A DNA stretch of 32,000 nucleotides from Mycobacterium tuberculosis H37Rv (GCF_000195955.2 NC_000962.3:270001-302000); one strand, 5' to 3'; shown: positions 8,589 to 18,352, counted from the stretch's first letter. Numbers and translations are program-made. Notes: generated from the letters alone by a model not told the origin.

Positions 8589-9529
8589 CACGCACACGTT
8601 CGGGCTCGCTCGCCGCGGGCGGACTCAACTGGGCGAGCCTGCCACTGAAGCTGTTCGCCGGGGGCAACGCAAAGTTCTGGCATCCGGCCGACATCGACTT
8701 CACGCGCGACCGGGCGGACTGGGAGAAGTTGTCGGACGACGAACGTGACTACGCCACCCGATTGTGCACCCAGTTCATTGCCGGCGAGGAGGCGGTGACC
8801 GAGGACATCCAGCCGTTCATGTCCGCGATGCGGGCCGAGGGACGGCTGGCCGACGAGATGTATCTGACGCAGTTCGCGTTCGAGGAAGCCAAACACACCC
8901 AGGTGTTTCGCATGTGGCTGGATGCCGTCGGAATCAGCGAAGACTTGCATCGCTATCTCGACGACTTGCCCGCCTACCGCCAAATCTTCTACGCGGAGTT
9001 GCCGGAGTGCCTCAACGCATTGTCGGCCGATCCCTCACCGGCCGCCCAGGTCCGGGCGTCGGTCACCTACAACCACATCGTGGAAGGCATGCTGGCGCTC
9101 ACGGGCTACTACGCCTGGCACAAGATCTGTGTGGAACGCGCAATCCTTCCCGGCATGCAGGAGCTGGTCCGGCGCATCGGTGACGACGAGCGACGCCACA
9201 TGGCTTGGGGCACCTTCACCTGTCGGCGCCACGTCGCCGCCGACGACGCCAATTGGACGGTGTTCGAAACACGGATGAACGAGCTCATCCCGCTGGCGCT
9301 GCGCCTCATCGAGGAGGGCTTTGCGCTGTACGGCGACCAGCCCCCATTCGACCTGTCCAAGGACGATTTCCTGCAATACTCGACCGACAAGGGAATGCGC
9401 CGGTTCGGCACCATCAGCAACGCCCGCGGCCGGCCGGTCGCCGAAATCGACGTCGACTACTCGCCCGCGCAGCTGGAGGACACCTTCGCCGACGAGGACC
9501 GGCGCACCCTGGCAGCGGCCTCGGCCTAG
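8585..9529 (+). CDS. nrdB: R2-like ligand-binding oxidase (R2lox), historically annotated ribonucleotide reductase beta chain NrdB, 314 aa
   Basis: [32 protein letters not shown]... with carboxylate/His metal-ligand motifs ([34 protein letters not shown]). ATGA overlap with the preceding regulator. Confidence 0.93.
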   Translation: MTRTRSGSLAAGGLNWASLPLKLFAGGNAKFWHPADIDFTRDRADWEKLSDDERDYATRLCTQFIAGEEAVTEDIQPFMSAMRAEGRLADEMYLTQFAFEEAKHTQVFRMWLDAVGISEDLHRYLDDLPAYRQIFYAELPECLNALSADPSPAAQVRASVTYNHIVEGMLALTGYYAWHKICVERAILPGMQELVRRIGDDERRHMAWGTFTCRRHVAADDANWTVFETRMNELIPLALRLIEEGFALYGDQPPFDLSKDDFLQYSTDKGMRRFGTISNARGRPVAEIDVDYSPAQLEDTFADEDRRTLAAASA

Positions 9530-9530
9530 G

Positions 9531-9598
9531 CCTGGCGAGCAGACGCAAAATCGCCCAATTTCGTGCCGAATTGGGCGATTTTGCGTCTGCTCGCCAGG
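9531..9598. terminator. Perfect 30-bp inverted repeat (8-nt loop) between convergent genes
   Basis: cctggcgagcagacgcaaaatcgcccaatt (9531-9560), tcgtgccg, aattgggcgattttgcgtctgctcgccagg (9569-9598). The arms are exact reverse complements. Confidence 0.65.
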
Positions 9599-9604
9599 GG
9601 AACG

Positions 9605-10978
9605 CTAGGCGATCCAGACGGTCTTGATGTTGCAGAACTCGCGTATCCCGTGTGCGGACAGTTCCCGGCCATAGCCCGAGCGCTTGACCCCGCCGAACGG
9701 CAATTCGGGATAGGACACCGTCATGCCGTTGATAAAAACCTGGCCCGCCACGATGTCGTCGATGAAGCGTCGTTGCTCGGTCTCGTCGCGGGTCCAGGCG
9801 TTGGATCCCAGCCCGAAGGTGGTGGCGTTGGCGATCTCGACGGCCTCGTCGATGTTCGCCGCGCGGAACACCGAGGCGACCGGACCGAAGACCTCCTCGG
9901 TGTAGAGAGCCATGTCCTTGGAGATGTCGGTGATCACGGTCGGCGGGTAGAACCAGCCCGGCCGGTCGAGACGCTTTCCGCCGCACCGGATCACCGCGCC
10001 CGCCGCGGCAGCATCCTCGACTTGCTTGGCAACCTCGTTGCGGCCCTGCTCGGTGGCCAGCGGGCCCACGTCGGTGTCCGGGTCGGTCGGGTCGCCGACC
10101 CGTAACGCCGCCATCCGCGCGACGAACTTGTCGACGAAATCGTCGTAAATGTCGGCGTGGACGATGAACCGCTTGGCGGCGATGCAGGATTGGCCGTTGT
10201 TCTGCACCCGGCCGGTGACGGCGGTGCTGACCGCGGCGTCCAGATCGGCCGACGGCATAACGATGAACGGGTCGCTGCCGCCGAGCTCGAGCACGGTCGG
10301 CTTGATCTCGTTACCGGCGATAGCGCCCACCGATTGGCCGGCCGGCTCGCTTCCGGTCAGCGTGGCCGCCGCGACCCGGGGATCACGCAGGATGGCTTCG
10401 ACGGCTCCCGAGCTAACAAGCAACGTCTGGAAGCAGCCGTCCGGGAAGCCGCCTCGGGCGATGACGTCGGCCAGGTACAGCGCGCATTGCGGCACGTTCG
10501 ACGCGTGCTTGAGCAGGCCGACGTTTCCGGCCATCAGTGCCGGTGCGGCGAACCGAACCGCTTGCCACAGGGGGAAGTTCCATGGCATCACCGCCAGGAT
10601 CACCCCGAGCGGCTGGTATCGGCCGTAGGCCGCCGACGCCCCGACCTTGGCCGCATCGGCGGGTTCGTCGGCCAGCAACGCCTCGGCGTTTTCGGCGTAG
10701 TAGCGAAAACCCTTGGCGCACTTCAGTGCCTCGGCTTTGGCCGCGGCCAGCGTCTTGCCCATCTCGAGCGTCATCATCGCGGCGGCCTGGTCGGCCTCGG
10801 CTTCCAGCAAGTCGGCGGTGGCATTGGCCCACCGGGCGCGCTGGGCGAAGCTGGTCTGGCGGTAGTCGGCGAACCGCCGGTGGGCCCGGGCTATTGCCGC
10901 GTCGACTTCGTCATCGGTCGCCGCAGTGAATGTCTTGACTGTTTCGCCGGTAGCCGGGTTGATGGTGGCGATGGGCAC
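9605..10978 (-). CDS. gabD1: NADP+-dependent succinate-semialdehyde dehydrogenase, 457 aa from the GTG at 10978 (ORF can extend to 11140)
   Basis: ALDH family: VPIATINPATGETVKTF...TVLELGGSDPFIVMPSADLD...VQNNGQSCIAAKRFIVH...EEVFGPVASVFRA...PFGGVKRSGYGRE. Confidence 0.92.
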   Translation of the reverse strand: MPIATINPATGETVKTFTAATDDEVDAAIARAHRRFADYRQTSFAQRARWANATADLLEAEADQAAAMMTLEMGKTLAAAKAEALKCAKGFRYYAENAEALLADEPADAAKVGASAAYGRYQPLGVILAVMPWNFPLWQAVRFAAPALMAGNVGLLKHASNVPQCALYLADVIARGGFPDGCFQTLLVSSGAVEAILRDPRVAAATLTGSEPAGQSVGAIAGNEIKPTVLELGGSDPFIVMPSADLDAAVSTAVTGRVQNNGQSCIAAKRFIVHADIYDDFVDKFVARMAALRVGDPTDPDTDVGPLATEQGRNEVAKQVEDAAAAGAVIRCGGKRLDRPGWFYPPTVITDISKDMALYTEEVFGPVASVFRAANIDEAVEIANATTFGLGSNAWTRDETEQRRFIDDIVAGQVFINGMTVSYPELPFGGVKRSGYGRELSAHGIREFCNIKTVWIA

Positions 10979-11165
10979 GCTGACATCCTTTGCTGGGTGG
11001 GTTTGCACAAATCGTCCGGTGTCCAGCCTGCCACTAACGTGGCCAGCGCTCCCGAGCAGGAGGTGTCGGGGCCTCCTATCGGCTGGGGTGGGCTCTATCA
11101 CGGGCAGGACCAGCGTGGCGGAACATGTCACCGATCGCATGTTCGTCGGGAGCTAATCGGCCCGT

Positions 11166-12614
11166 TCAATCGGCCGGTGGCGAGGCGACTTTGCGTAGCG
11201 ACATCGGCGGGACGTAGCGCCCGATCAGCGTGCGGTGCCACCAGGCTCGGTCCCGTCGCAGCTCGGCCACGGTGGTGAAGCGGTACTGATACAGCTGCGC
11301 GCGCACATACCGAGGCGGAGATTGCGGGAAAGGATTGTGGCGCAACAGCTTCAGCGTCGCAGGATCATTGCGCAGCAACCGGTTTAGGAATGGCGTCATC
11401 CACGGTAGTGCGTAGCCCGGTGAGATGGCGGCGAACCACATGAGCCAGTCCAGCCGCAGATGGTAGGGGGCCCATTGCCGCGGCAGCCGGCGCGGATCAC
11501 CGGGCTTGCCCTTGAATTCGTATGCTTTCCAGACGGTTTGTTCGGTAATCGGTGACTCGTCGGTCCCTTCGATTACCACTTCCCGGCGGGTGCGGCAGAT
11601 GCTGCCGAACGCCCCGTAGGTGTTGACCAAATGAAAGGGGTTGAACGACATGTTCATTCGTTGATGAGAGGACAGCAGATTGCGTGCCGGCCAGTAGCTC
11701 AGCAACAGCACCGCCGCGGTGAATACGACCACGAGGCCGGCGAACCACTGCGGCGGTGCCGACAGCGCCGGCTGGGCCGGCATCGGCAGCAGCGCCGCGG
11801 CCGAAGATGTGTCGATCGCGCTGCACGCCAAGAGGATGGTCAGCCAATTGAGCCAGGAGAAATTTCCCGATGCCACCAGCCATAGCTGGGTAACCACGAT
11901 GATCGCGGCGGCGATGCTGGCTGCGGGCTGTGGTGTGAACAACCCAAACGGCACCACGAGCTGGGCGAAATGGTTGCCCGCCACCTCAATCCGGTGCAAT
12001 GGCTTAGGCAGGTGATGGAAGAACCAGCTCAACGGGCCCGGCATGGGCTGTGTTTCGTGGTGGTAGTACAGGCACGTCAGACTGCGCCAGCACGAGTCGC
12101 CGCGCATCTTGATCAATCCGGCACCGAATTCGACCCGGAACAGCAGCCAGCGCGCCAACAACAACGTCAGAATCGGCGGGGCGGTGCGCTCGTTTCCGAG
12201 GAAGATCATCAGGAAGCCGGTCTCCAGCAGCAGCGACTCCCAACCGAATGAGTACCACGCCTGCCCGACGTTGACGATGGACAGGTAGAGCACCCACAGC
12301 GTCAGCCAGATCAGCATCGTGGCCCACAACGGCACGAAGGAGGCCGCACCGGCGACGACGGCTGCCGACAACACGGCACCCAACCAGCAGACCCCGGCGA
12401 ACACCCGATCGGAATAGCGAAAGTGAAAGATGCTCGGTGTTCGCCAGAAGGACTGTCCAGCCAGATACCGCGGCACCGGCAGCATGCCGTGCTCTCCGAT
12501 GAGGGGCCGGAACTGCTGTGCGGCCGCGACGAATGCGATCAGATAAATAATCGCCGTGCCGCGCTCCAGCGCCAGTCTGCCCAGCCAATATTCGGGCGCT
12601 GAAAACCATCCCAT
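11166..12614 (-). CDS. Multi-pass membrane protein resembling the lipase maturation factor (LMF1) family, 482 aa (Rv0235c-like)
   Basis: MGWFSAPEYWLGRLALERGTAIIYLIAF...YSFGWESLLLETGFLMIFLGNE...LTCLYYHHETQPMPGPLSWFFHHLPKPLHRIEVAGNHFAQLVVPFGLF. The YHHETQP and HR-E-NHF motifs resemble eukaryotic LMF1. Confidence 0.8.
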   Translation of the reverse strand: MGWFSAPEYWLGRLALERGTAIIYLIAFVAAAQQFRPLIGEHGMLPVPRYLAGQSFWRTPSIFHFRYSDRVFAGVCWLGAVLSAAVVAGAASFVPLWATMLIWLTLWVLYLSIVNVGQAWYSFGWESLLLETGFLMIFLGNERTAPPILTLLLARWLLFRVEFGAGLIKMRGDSCWRSLTCLYYHHETQPMPGPLSWFFHHLPKPLHRIEVAGNHFAQLVVPFGLFTPQPAASIAAAIIVVTQLWLVASGNFSWLNWLTILLACSAIDTSSAAALLPMPAQPALSAPPQWFAGLVVVFTAAVLLLSYWPARNLLSSHQRMNMSFNPFHLVNTYGAFGSICRTRREVVIEGTDESPITEQTVWKAYEFKGKPGDPRRLPRQWAPYHLRLDWLMWFAAISPGYALPWMTPFLNRLLRNDPATLKLLRHNPFPQSPPRYVRAQLYQYRFTTVAELRRDRAWWHRTLIGRYVPPMSLRKVASPPAD

Positions 12615-12648
12615 GGCCGTTACTCCTTGGACACGGCGTTCACACCAA

Positions 12649-15600
12649 CTATTGCATGCGGTCTTGACCACGAGACTCTGATGTGGCGACCACCGATGCC
12701 GCCACCACGGAAACCGAAATCAGTGCCAGCAGTTGCACACTGGCCCAGTTCCCGGCGTATCCGTCGACCGACCGCCACGGATGCCGGGACAGCGCAGCGC
12801 CGGCCAGGATCAGCCCGCCCGCAGCCAGTCCGACGGTGACCCGGTCACGTAGTCGCTCCCGGCGGCGCAGTGCATACCGCACACCGAGGGCCGTGCCCAT
12901 CACCATGACCCCGGCGATGCTGGCGATCACCGCCCCGGCCGCCAGCACCCCGGCCGCCGCCCAGGCTCCGGGCCTCCAGGGTGGTGTGGGCCGGTCGGCG
13001 AGCTGCCGTCGCCCGGTCCGCCAGAACGCCAGCAGAGCTAGCAGGGGCAGCAGGGCCAGCCCTATCGCCAGGCTCGCCCGATACAGCGAGTTCGGTGCGA
13101 ATGTCAGCGTGATGGTGCCGGGGTTCCCGGCGGGCACCACCCAGGCCTGCTGCCACCCGTTGACGGCGATCGGTGTCAGCCGGGCCCCGGTGCTCGTGCG
13201 GGCCACCCAGCCCGAGTTGATGCTTTCGGGTACCACCAGCACCCGGGAAGTGGCCGACTCGGGAACCCGAACTTCGCGGTGGGTGGGACCCCACGCACCC
13301 GTTTCAGCAGAAGTAACTGTCGCGCTTGACAATCCAGCACCGGGAGTTGACAACTGGGCACCGTCGACCACGAACGCGGCGCCGGGGCTGATCAGCAATT
13401 CCTGCTGTCCCGCCGGCAGCGCTATCGGCTCGCGTTCACACGGGAGCGCGGCGACCGGTTCACCGTCCAGCAAGGCGCCCACCGTGGTTCGGATCGAGGT
13501 GTGCACGAACCGGCCCGCGACGGCGACGACCGGGCCGTGATCGCAATCCACGGTGAGCGCACGCGCGCGGTTGCGGGCGGCGTCGGCCGGCGCAATCGGG
13601 GCGCCGCCGGCGCTAAGCACCACCACTTCGGCCAGCCCCGGCGGCTTGAGCTGGTCGAAGCCCAGCGCGTTGCGATCGATGACATCGTCCCAGTCCAGCA
13701 GGCTGACCGACACCGTGTCGGTCACCCGGGGATGCAGCCATAGCGTCGTTAGCTCGCCGACCTGCAGTTGTCGGACCTGGGGGCCGTCGCCCAGGTTGAT
13801 GGCCACCACCGTCGGATGGGCCGGCAACATCGACCGGCTGGCGGCCAGCCGCAGCCCGGTCACCACGGTGGGCCGCGGCAGGGTCAGCGTCAGCGTCGGC
13901 GGGGTTTTGTGTTGCACCACCCGCTGCGGCGCGGTCCAGGCGGTGGCCGGATCGCCGTCGGCGGCCGCGTACGCCGAGCCGAGGATGTCGACAAGGTCGG
14001 AATCACCGCTGGCCCGGGTGGTGGAAGGCGCGGCGATCAAGTCGGCCAGCTTCGGGCCCTGCCGTGGTCGCACCCACACCATCGGGGTCACCGACACCGG
14101 GCGGGGTACGGTCAGTGTGCGGCTGAGATTGGCCGGTTCCTCGGGTGCCAGGGCCATCGAGGCGGCGCAGCGCACGCCGTCGGGTCCCGGGGCGCAGCCC
14201 GGTCTGCCCAGCAGTTCGGATCCCAGGTCCCAGCCCGCGATCGCCGAACCCGGCGGCGGCCCGGGCACCAGCACGGTGTGTCGCAGCTGAACCGGATGGG
14301 CGAAACCGGACGCATCGTATTGGGTGATGGCCAGATCGGTGATGCCGAACTGCACACCGGCCGACCCGTCGTCGGTGGCGGCCGCGGTAAACCGCACCCA
14401 GGGGGTTTCGCCGTAGGGCAGTGCGGCGGTGAGCGGTTTGCCCGCCTCATCGAACCGCAGGGTGGTGCTGCCGTTGACGGTCTCGATCAGGATGCGTCGG
14501 ACCTGGGCGCCGACCGCGGTCGCGCTGGGTGTCAGGGTGACGACGGCATTGGTCACCGGACGGTCGAAATCCACCTGCAGCCACTGCCCAACGGCGGCCT
14601 GCAGCGCGTTGGACACCCAAGCGGTCGCCGGGTCACCGTCGACGGCGGCCGCGGGTGCGCTCGCCGGGGCGACGTCGGGCATGGCGGTGGCATCCGCCGA
14701 GGAGCTCGACACGGTGATCCGGCCGCCGGTCCATCCACCGACGACCGGCTCCGCGCCCGGCACCGGGTAGTCAGGCACCCGGTTGTAGGTGTGCCGGGCG
14801 TCGCCGGGTGCCCGGATCGCCGACGAGTGGTGGTCCACCCGGCCGTAATCGGTCTCGCGGGCCACCGGGGTGTCGGTGACGGCGACCTGGGGCACCGGCA
14901 AGCCGGCAGCTCGAGCGTCCGCGGTCATCAGCACCGGACCCAGCGGGGGCTGGCCCTGCAGCCGGCGTCGTTCGTCCAGACGCAGCAGGACCTCGGGTCC
15001 GCCGTCGACGCGGGCGAGCTGGTCGGTCGCGGCGAAGTAGGGCGCACCGGGGTTGGCGGGCGCGCTCACCCGGTAGATCTCAATCGCGGGATATCGGGGT
15101 CGCAGGCCGCTGTCGTTGACGAAACCCGCCAGCGGATCAGGACCCACCGGCGCGCCGAACTCCGCCAGCTTCGCTAGCCCGGGCGACCCTGCGATGCTAC
15201 GGTGCAGCAGAATCGGTCGTGCCGAGCGCGACGTCTCGGGATCCAGATCGTTGCGTACCAGCACATAGGAAATGCCTTGGCGGGCAAGGGTATCGGCCAG
15301 CCCCGCCGACGGTCGTCCGGCGGCGAACAGGCGTTGCACGGAGTCCAGCGCTCGAATGGTCTGCGGCGGGGTCAGCGGAATGGAGTCGCGCACGCCCCAC
15401 GGGCCGTCGCCGAGCACCTGCAGCGGCTCGTCGTGGCTGGTGCCCCACACCTGGGTGGCGAACGGGGCGCCCGGGACCACCAGCACCCGCCCGGGAGTGG
15501 GCGTCGCGGCATGGTGTGTGCGCAGCCAGTCGGCGGCCTCCTGCCAGTACTGGGGAAGCGCACCGAACGTGCCGGGCGGGGCGACCCGGCCGGTCCACGC

Positions 15601-16851
15601 CAGCGAGGTGCTGACCATCAGCGCGGTCAGGGCTACCACCGCCACCGCTACTCGCTTGTCCCGCTCGGGGTGCGCGAACGCGCGCAGCCACGCCGGCCTC
15701 GGCGCGCTGCCTGGCAGCGGAACTCGGCTCAGCAGCTGCGCCAAGCCCAGCACCAGGGGCAGCCGGATCACAGGCCCCACCTTGTGTACGTTGCGCAGGG
15801 GGGTGCCGGCGGCGTCCAGGAACGCCTGCACCGGGTGGGCGACCGGCGAAGCCAGCCCGCCGCGGTGGCCAACGGCCAGCAGCACCACCCCGACCAACAG
15901 CATCGTCACCAGCCGGCCGCGCGCCGGCATCGCCGGGCTAGTCAGTCCGGCCAGCCCGGCCGCTGCGACCAGGCAGGTGCCCAGGATGGCCGCCGATCCG
16001 GTGACCAACGGCGCGCCCGCGGTCGCGTTCGGCGCCACGAACGGCGTCCAGCTGTCGGTGCCGCGCAGCACCTCCACCAGCGAGGACCATTGCGTGGTCA
16101 CGCCGGAAGATTCGATGAAGTCCAGAAACGGCGGACTGACCCCGTGCAGCTGCGTCAGCGCCATTACCCACCACAGTGTCGCCAGGGCCATCGCCAACAG
16201 CCACCACGCGGTGTAGCGCCACCACAACCGATTCGGCCGGTGACAGGCCCACCAGATCACCGCCGGCAGGCAACCGGCCAGCGTCGCGATGGCGTTGACC
16301 GCGCCCATCAGCGCCACCGCCAGCCCGGCTTGGGCGGCCAGCGCGCGCACCGAGCGGCCAGAAGTCCCCCGCAGCGCCAGGATCGTGGGCAGCAGCACCC
16401 ACGGCGCCAGCATCATCGGCAAGGTTTCCGACGAGATCGACCCGAGTGTGGTCAGCACCCGTGGTGACAGCGCGAACGCCACGGCGCCGACCACCCGCGA
16501 GGACGGGCCGCCGACGCCCAGCGCCTCGGCTACCCGCAGCAGGCCCCAGAAGCCGACCGTGAGCAACACCGCCCACCACAGCCGCTGAGTGACCCAGCCG
16601 GGCACTCCCAGCAGGTGACCGATCACGAAGAAGGTGCCGTGCGGAAACAGATACCCGTAGGCCTGGTTCTGCGCCTGCCCGAACGGCAGGTCGCTGTTCC
16701 ACAGGTTGGTCGCACGCGCCAGGAAGCGCAGCGGGTTGGCGGTGAGGTCCAGCTTGGTGTCGGGGGAGACTTGTCCGGGGGATTGGGCGAACGTCAGCGC
16801 CAACGCTACCGCGCCGACCACCGGCAGCCATTTGCGAGACAACGGCGCCAC
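12649..16851 (-). CDS. aftD: Arabinofuranosyltransferase AftD, GT-C membrane protein with a very large extracytoplasmic region, 1400 aa
   Basis: Single 1400-aa ORF, MAPLSRKWLPVVGAVALALTFAQSPGQVSPDTKLDLTANPLRFLARATNLWNSDLPFGQAQNQAYGYLFPHG..., with N-terminal TM helices, discoidin/CBM-like repeats and C-terminal TM helices. Confidence 0.95.
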   Translation of the reverse strand: MAPLSRKWLPVVGAVALALTFAQSPGQVSPDTKLDLTANPLRFLARATNLWNSDLPFGQAQNQAYGYLFPHGTFFVIGHLLGVPGWVTQRLWWAVLLTVGFWGLLRVAEALGVGGPSSRVVGAVAFALSPRVLTTLGSISSETLPMMLAPWVLLPTILALRGTSGRSVRALAAQAGLAVALMGAVNAIATLAGCLPAVIWWACHRPNRLWWRYTAWWLLAMALATLWWVMALTQLHGVSPPFLDFIESSGVTTQWSSLVEVLRGTDSWTPFVAPNATAGAPLVTGSAAILGTCLVAAAGLAGLTSPAMPARGRLVTMLLVGVVLLAVGHRGGLASPVAHPVQAFLDAAGTPLRNVHKVGPVIRLPLVLGLAQLLSRVPLPGSAPRPAWLRAFAHPERDKRVAVAVVALTALMVSTSLAWTGRVAPPGTFGALPQYWQEAADWLRTHHAATPTPGRVLVVPGAPFATQVWGTSHDEPLQVLGDGPWGVRDSIPLTPPQTIRALDSVQRLFAAGRPSAGLADTLARQGISYVLVRNDLDPETSRSARPILLHRSIAGSPGLAKLAEFGAPVGPDPLAGFVNDSGLRPRYPAIEIYRVSAPANPGAPYFAATDQLARVDGGPEVLLRLDERRRLQGQPPLGPVLMTADARAAGLPVPQVAVTDTPVARETDYGRVDHHSSAIRAPGDARHTYNRVPDYPVPGAEPVVGGWTGGRITVSSSSADATAMPDVAPASAPAAAVDGDPATAWVSNALQAAVGQWLQVDFDRPVTNAVVTLTPSATAVGAQVRRILIETVNGSTTLRFDEAGKPLTAALPYGETPWVRFTAAATDDGSAGVQFGITDLAITQYDASGFAHPVQLRHTVLVPGPPPGSAIAGWDLGSELLGRPGCAPGPDGVRCAASMALAPEEPANLSRTLTVPRPVSVTPMVWVRPRQGPKLADLIAAPSTTRASGDSDLVDILGSAYAAADGDPATAWTAPQRVVQHKTPPTLTLTLPRPTVVTGLRLAASRSMLPAHPTVVAINLGDGPQVRQLQVGELTTLWLHPRVTDTVSVSLLDWDDVIDRNALGFDQLKPPGLAEVVVLSAGGAPIAPADAARNRARALTVDCDHGPVVAVAGRFVHTSIRTTVGALLDGEPVAALPCEREPIALPAGQQELLISPGAAFVVDGAQLSTPGAGLSSATVTSAETGAWGPTHREVRVPESATSRVLVVPESINSGWVARTSTGARLTPIAVNGWQQAWVVPAGNPGTITLTFAPNSLYRASLAIGLALLPLLALLAFWRTGRRQLADRPTPPWRPGAWAAAGVLAAGAVIASIAGVMVMGTALGVRYALRRRERLRDRVTVGLAAGGLILAGAALSRHPWRSVDGYAGNWASVQLLALISVSVVAASVVATSESRGQDRMQ

Positions 16852-16897
16852 CTGCGACCCGGAGGCCGCCTCAGCCTGCGGCGCCCGGGTCGCGGGG

Positions 16898-17071
16898 CTA
16901 GCTACGGTTACCGTACTCGACCCGGTTGAGCACTGATGACGACGGATCGCCCCCGGGGAGTGGCGGTTTCTTGTCCTGCTGCACCATCAGGGTCACTCCG
17001 AAGATCGCGGCCGCGCCCAGCAACAGACCAACCACCACGCTTGCGGCGGCGGGCGCGACGATCCGGTTCAT
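16898..17071 (-). CDS. Small single-TM secreted/membrane protein, 57 aa (Rv0236A-like, DUF2613-type)
   Basis: MNRIVAPAAASVVVGLLLGAAAIFGVTLMVQQDKKPPLPGGDPSSSVLNRVEYGNRS; ATG at 17071, 46 nt upstream of aftD on the same strand. Confidence 0.8.
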   Translation of the reverse strand: MNRIVAPAAASVVVGLLLGAAAIFGVTLMVQQDKKPPLPGGDPSSSVLNRVEYGNRS

Positions 17072-17185
17072 CGGTGGCTCCTCGACGGCTGTGGGTGCGG
17101 CTTGAGAGGCTAGAGGCAACTTAGCAGAAGCGTGGGCCTGGCCCCCCAACCCGGAGCGTATGCGCCACCGTGACAGCATGTCCGG

Positions 17186-18352
17186 ATGGCTTTTCCACGC
17201 ACACTGGCGATACTCGCTGCGGCAGCAGCGTTGGTGGTGGCCTGCAGCCATGGCGGCACACCCACCGGATCGTCGACGACCTCCGGCGCGTCGCCCGCAA
17301 CTCCGGTAGCCGTTCCCGTGCCCCGGAGCTGCGCCGAGCCGGCGGGGATCCCGGCGCTGCTGTCCCCCCGTGACAAGCTGGCCCAGCTGCTGGTGGTCGG
17401 CGTGCGAGATGCTGCGGACGCCCAAGCCGTGGTCACCAACTACCACGTCGGCGGCATCCTCATCGGCAGCGACACCGACCTGACGATTTTTGACGGCGCG
17501 CTGGCCGAGATCGTTGCCGGCGGGGGTCCGCTGCCGCTGGCGGTGAGTGTCGACGAGGAAGGCGGGCGGGTGTCCCGGTTGAGGTCGCTGATCGGCGGTA
17601 CGGGGCCGTCGGCCCGCGAACTGGCACAAACCCGAACCGTCCAGCAGGTGCGCGACTTGGCTCGAGACCGCGGCCGGCAGATGAGAAAGCTGGGTATCAC
17701 CATCGACTTCGCCCCGGTGGTCGACGTCACCGACGCCCCGGATGACACGGTGATCGGGGACCGGTCGTTCGGCTCGGATCCGGCTACGGTCACCGCGTAT
17801 GCCGGGGCGTACGCGCAGGGTCTGCGCGATGCCGGGGTGCTGCCGGTGCTCAAGCATTTCCCCGGTCACGGGCGTGGCTCGGGTGATTCGCACAACGGGG
17901 GTGTCACGACACCACCGCTTGATGACCTGGTGGGCGATGACCTGGTGCCCTACCGAACGCTGGTGACCCAGGCGCCGGTCGGTGTGATGGTGGGTCATCT
18001 GCAGGTTCCTGGGTTGACCGGCTCCGAGCCGGCCAGTCTGAGCAAGGCCGCGGTGAACCTGCTGCGCACCGGCACGGGATACGGCGCACCGCCGTTCGAT
18101 GGTCCAGTGTTCAGCGACGACCTCTCTGGTATGGCCGCGATCTCAGACCGGTTTGGCGTCAGCGAGGCGGTGTTGCGCACCTTGCAAGCCGGTGCCGATA
18201 TCGCACTGTGGGTTACCACCAAAGAGGTGCCCGCGGTGCTGGACCGCCTGGAACAGGCGCTGCGCGCCGGTGAATTGCCGATGTCGGCGGTCGACCGGTC
18301 GGTGGTGCGGGTGGCGACCATGAAGGGGCCCAACCCGGGGTGTGGCCGTTAG
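17186..18352 (+). CDS. lpqI: Lipoprotein LpqI, GH3 beta-N-acetylglucosaminidase (NagZ-like), 388 aa
   Basis: Signal peptide with lipobox (MAFPRTLAILAAAAALVVAC) and GH3 motifs VSVDEEGGRVSRL, LPVLKHFPGHGRGSGDSH and GPVFSDDLSGMAAI. Confidence 0.94.
   Translation: MAFPRTLAILAAAAALVVACSHGGTPTGSSTTSGASPATPVAVPVPRSCAEPAGIPALLSPRDKLAQLLVVGVRDAADAQAVVTNYHVGGILIGSDTDLTIFDGALAEIVAGGGPLPLAVSVDEEGGRVSRLRSLIGGTGPSARELAQTRTVQQVRDLARDRGRQMRKLGITIDFAPVVDVTDAPDDTVIGDRSFGSDPATVTAYAGAYAQGLRDAGVLPVLKHFPGHGRGSGDSHNGGVTTPPLDDLVGDDLVPYRTLVTQAPVGVMVGHLQVPGLTGSEPASLSKAAVNLLRTGTGYGAPPFDGPVFSDDLSGMAAISDRFGVSEAVLRTLQAGADIALWVTTKEVPAVLDRLEQALRAGELPMSAVDRSVVRVATMKGPNPGCGR

Noticed and set aside
13768-15177. 469-aa plus-strand ORF antisense to aftD
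   Set aside because: Pro/Arg/Gly/His-rich shadow ORF opposite a well-supported 1400-aa gene, typical of high-GC DNA with G/C in third codon positions. No recognisable domain.
15202-16467. 421-aa Gln/Arg/His-rich plus-strand ORF opposite aftD
   Set aside because: Low-complexity frame-shadow of aftD rather than a gene.
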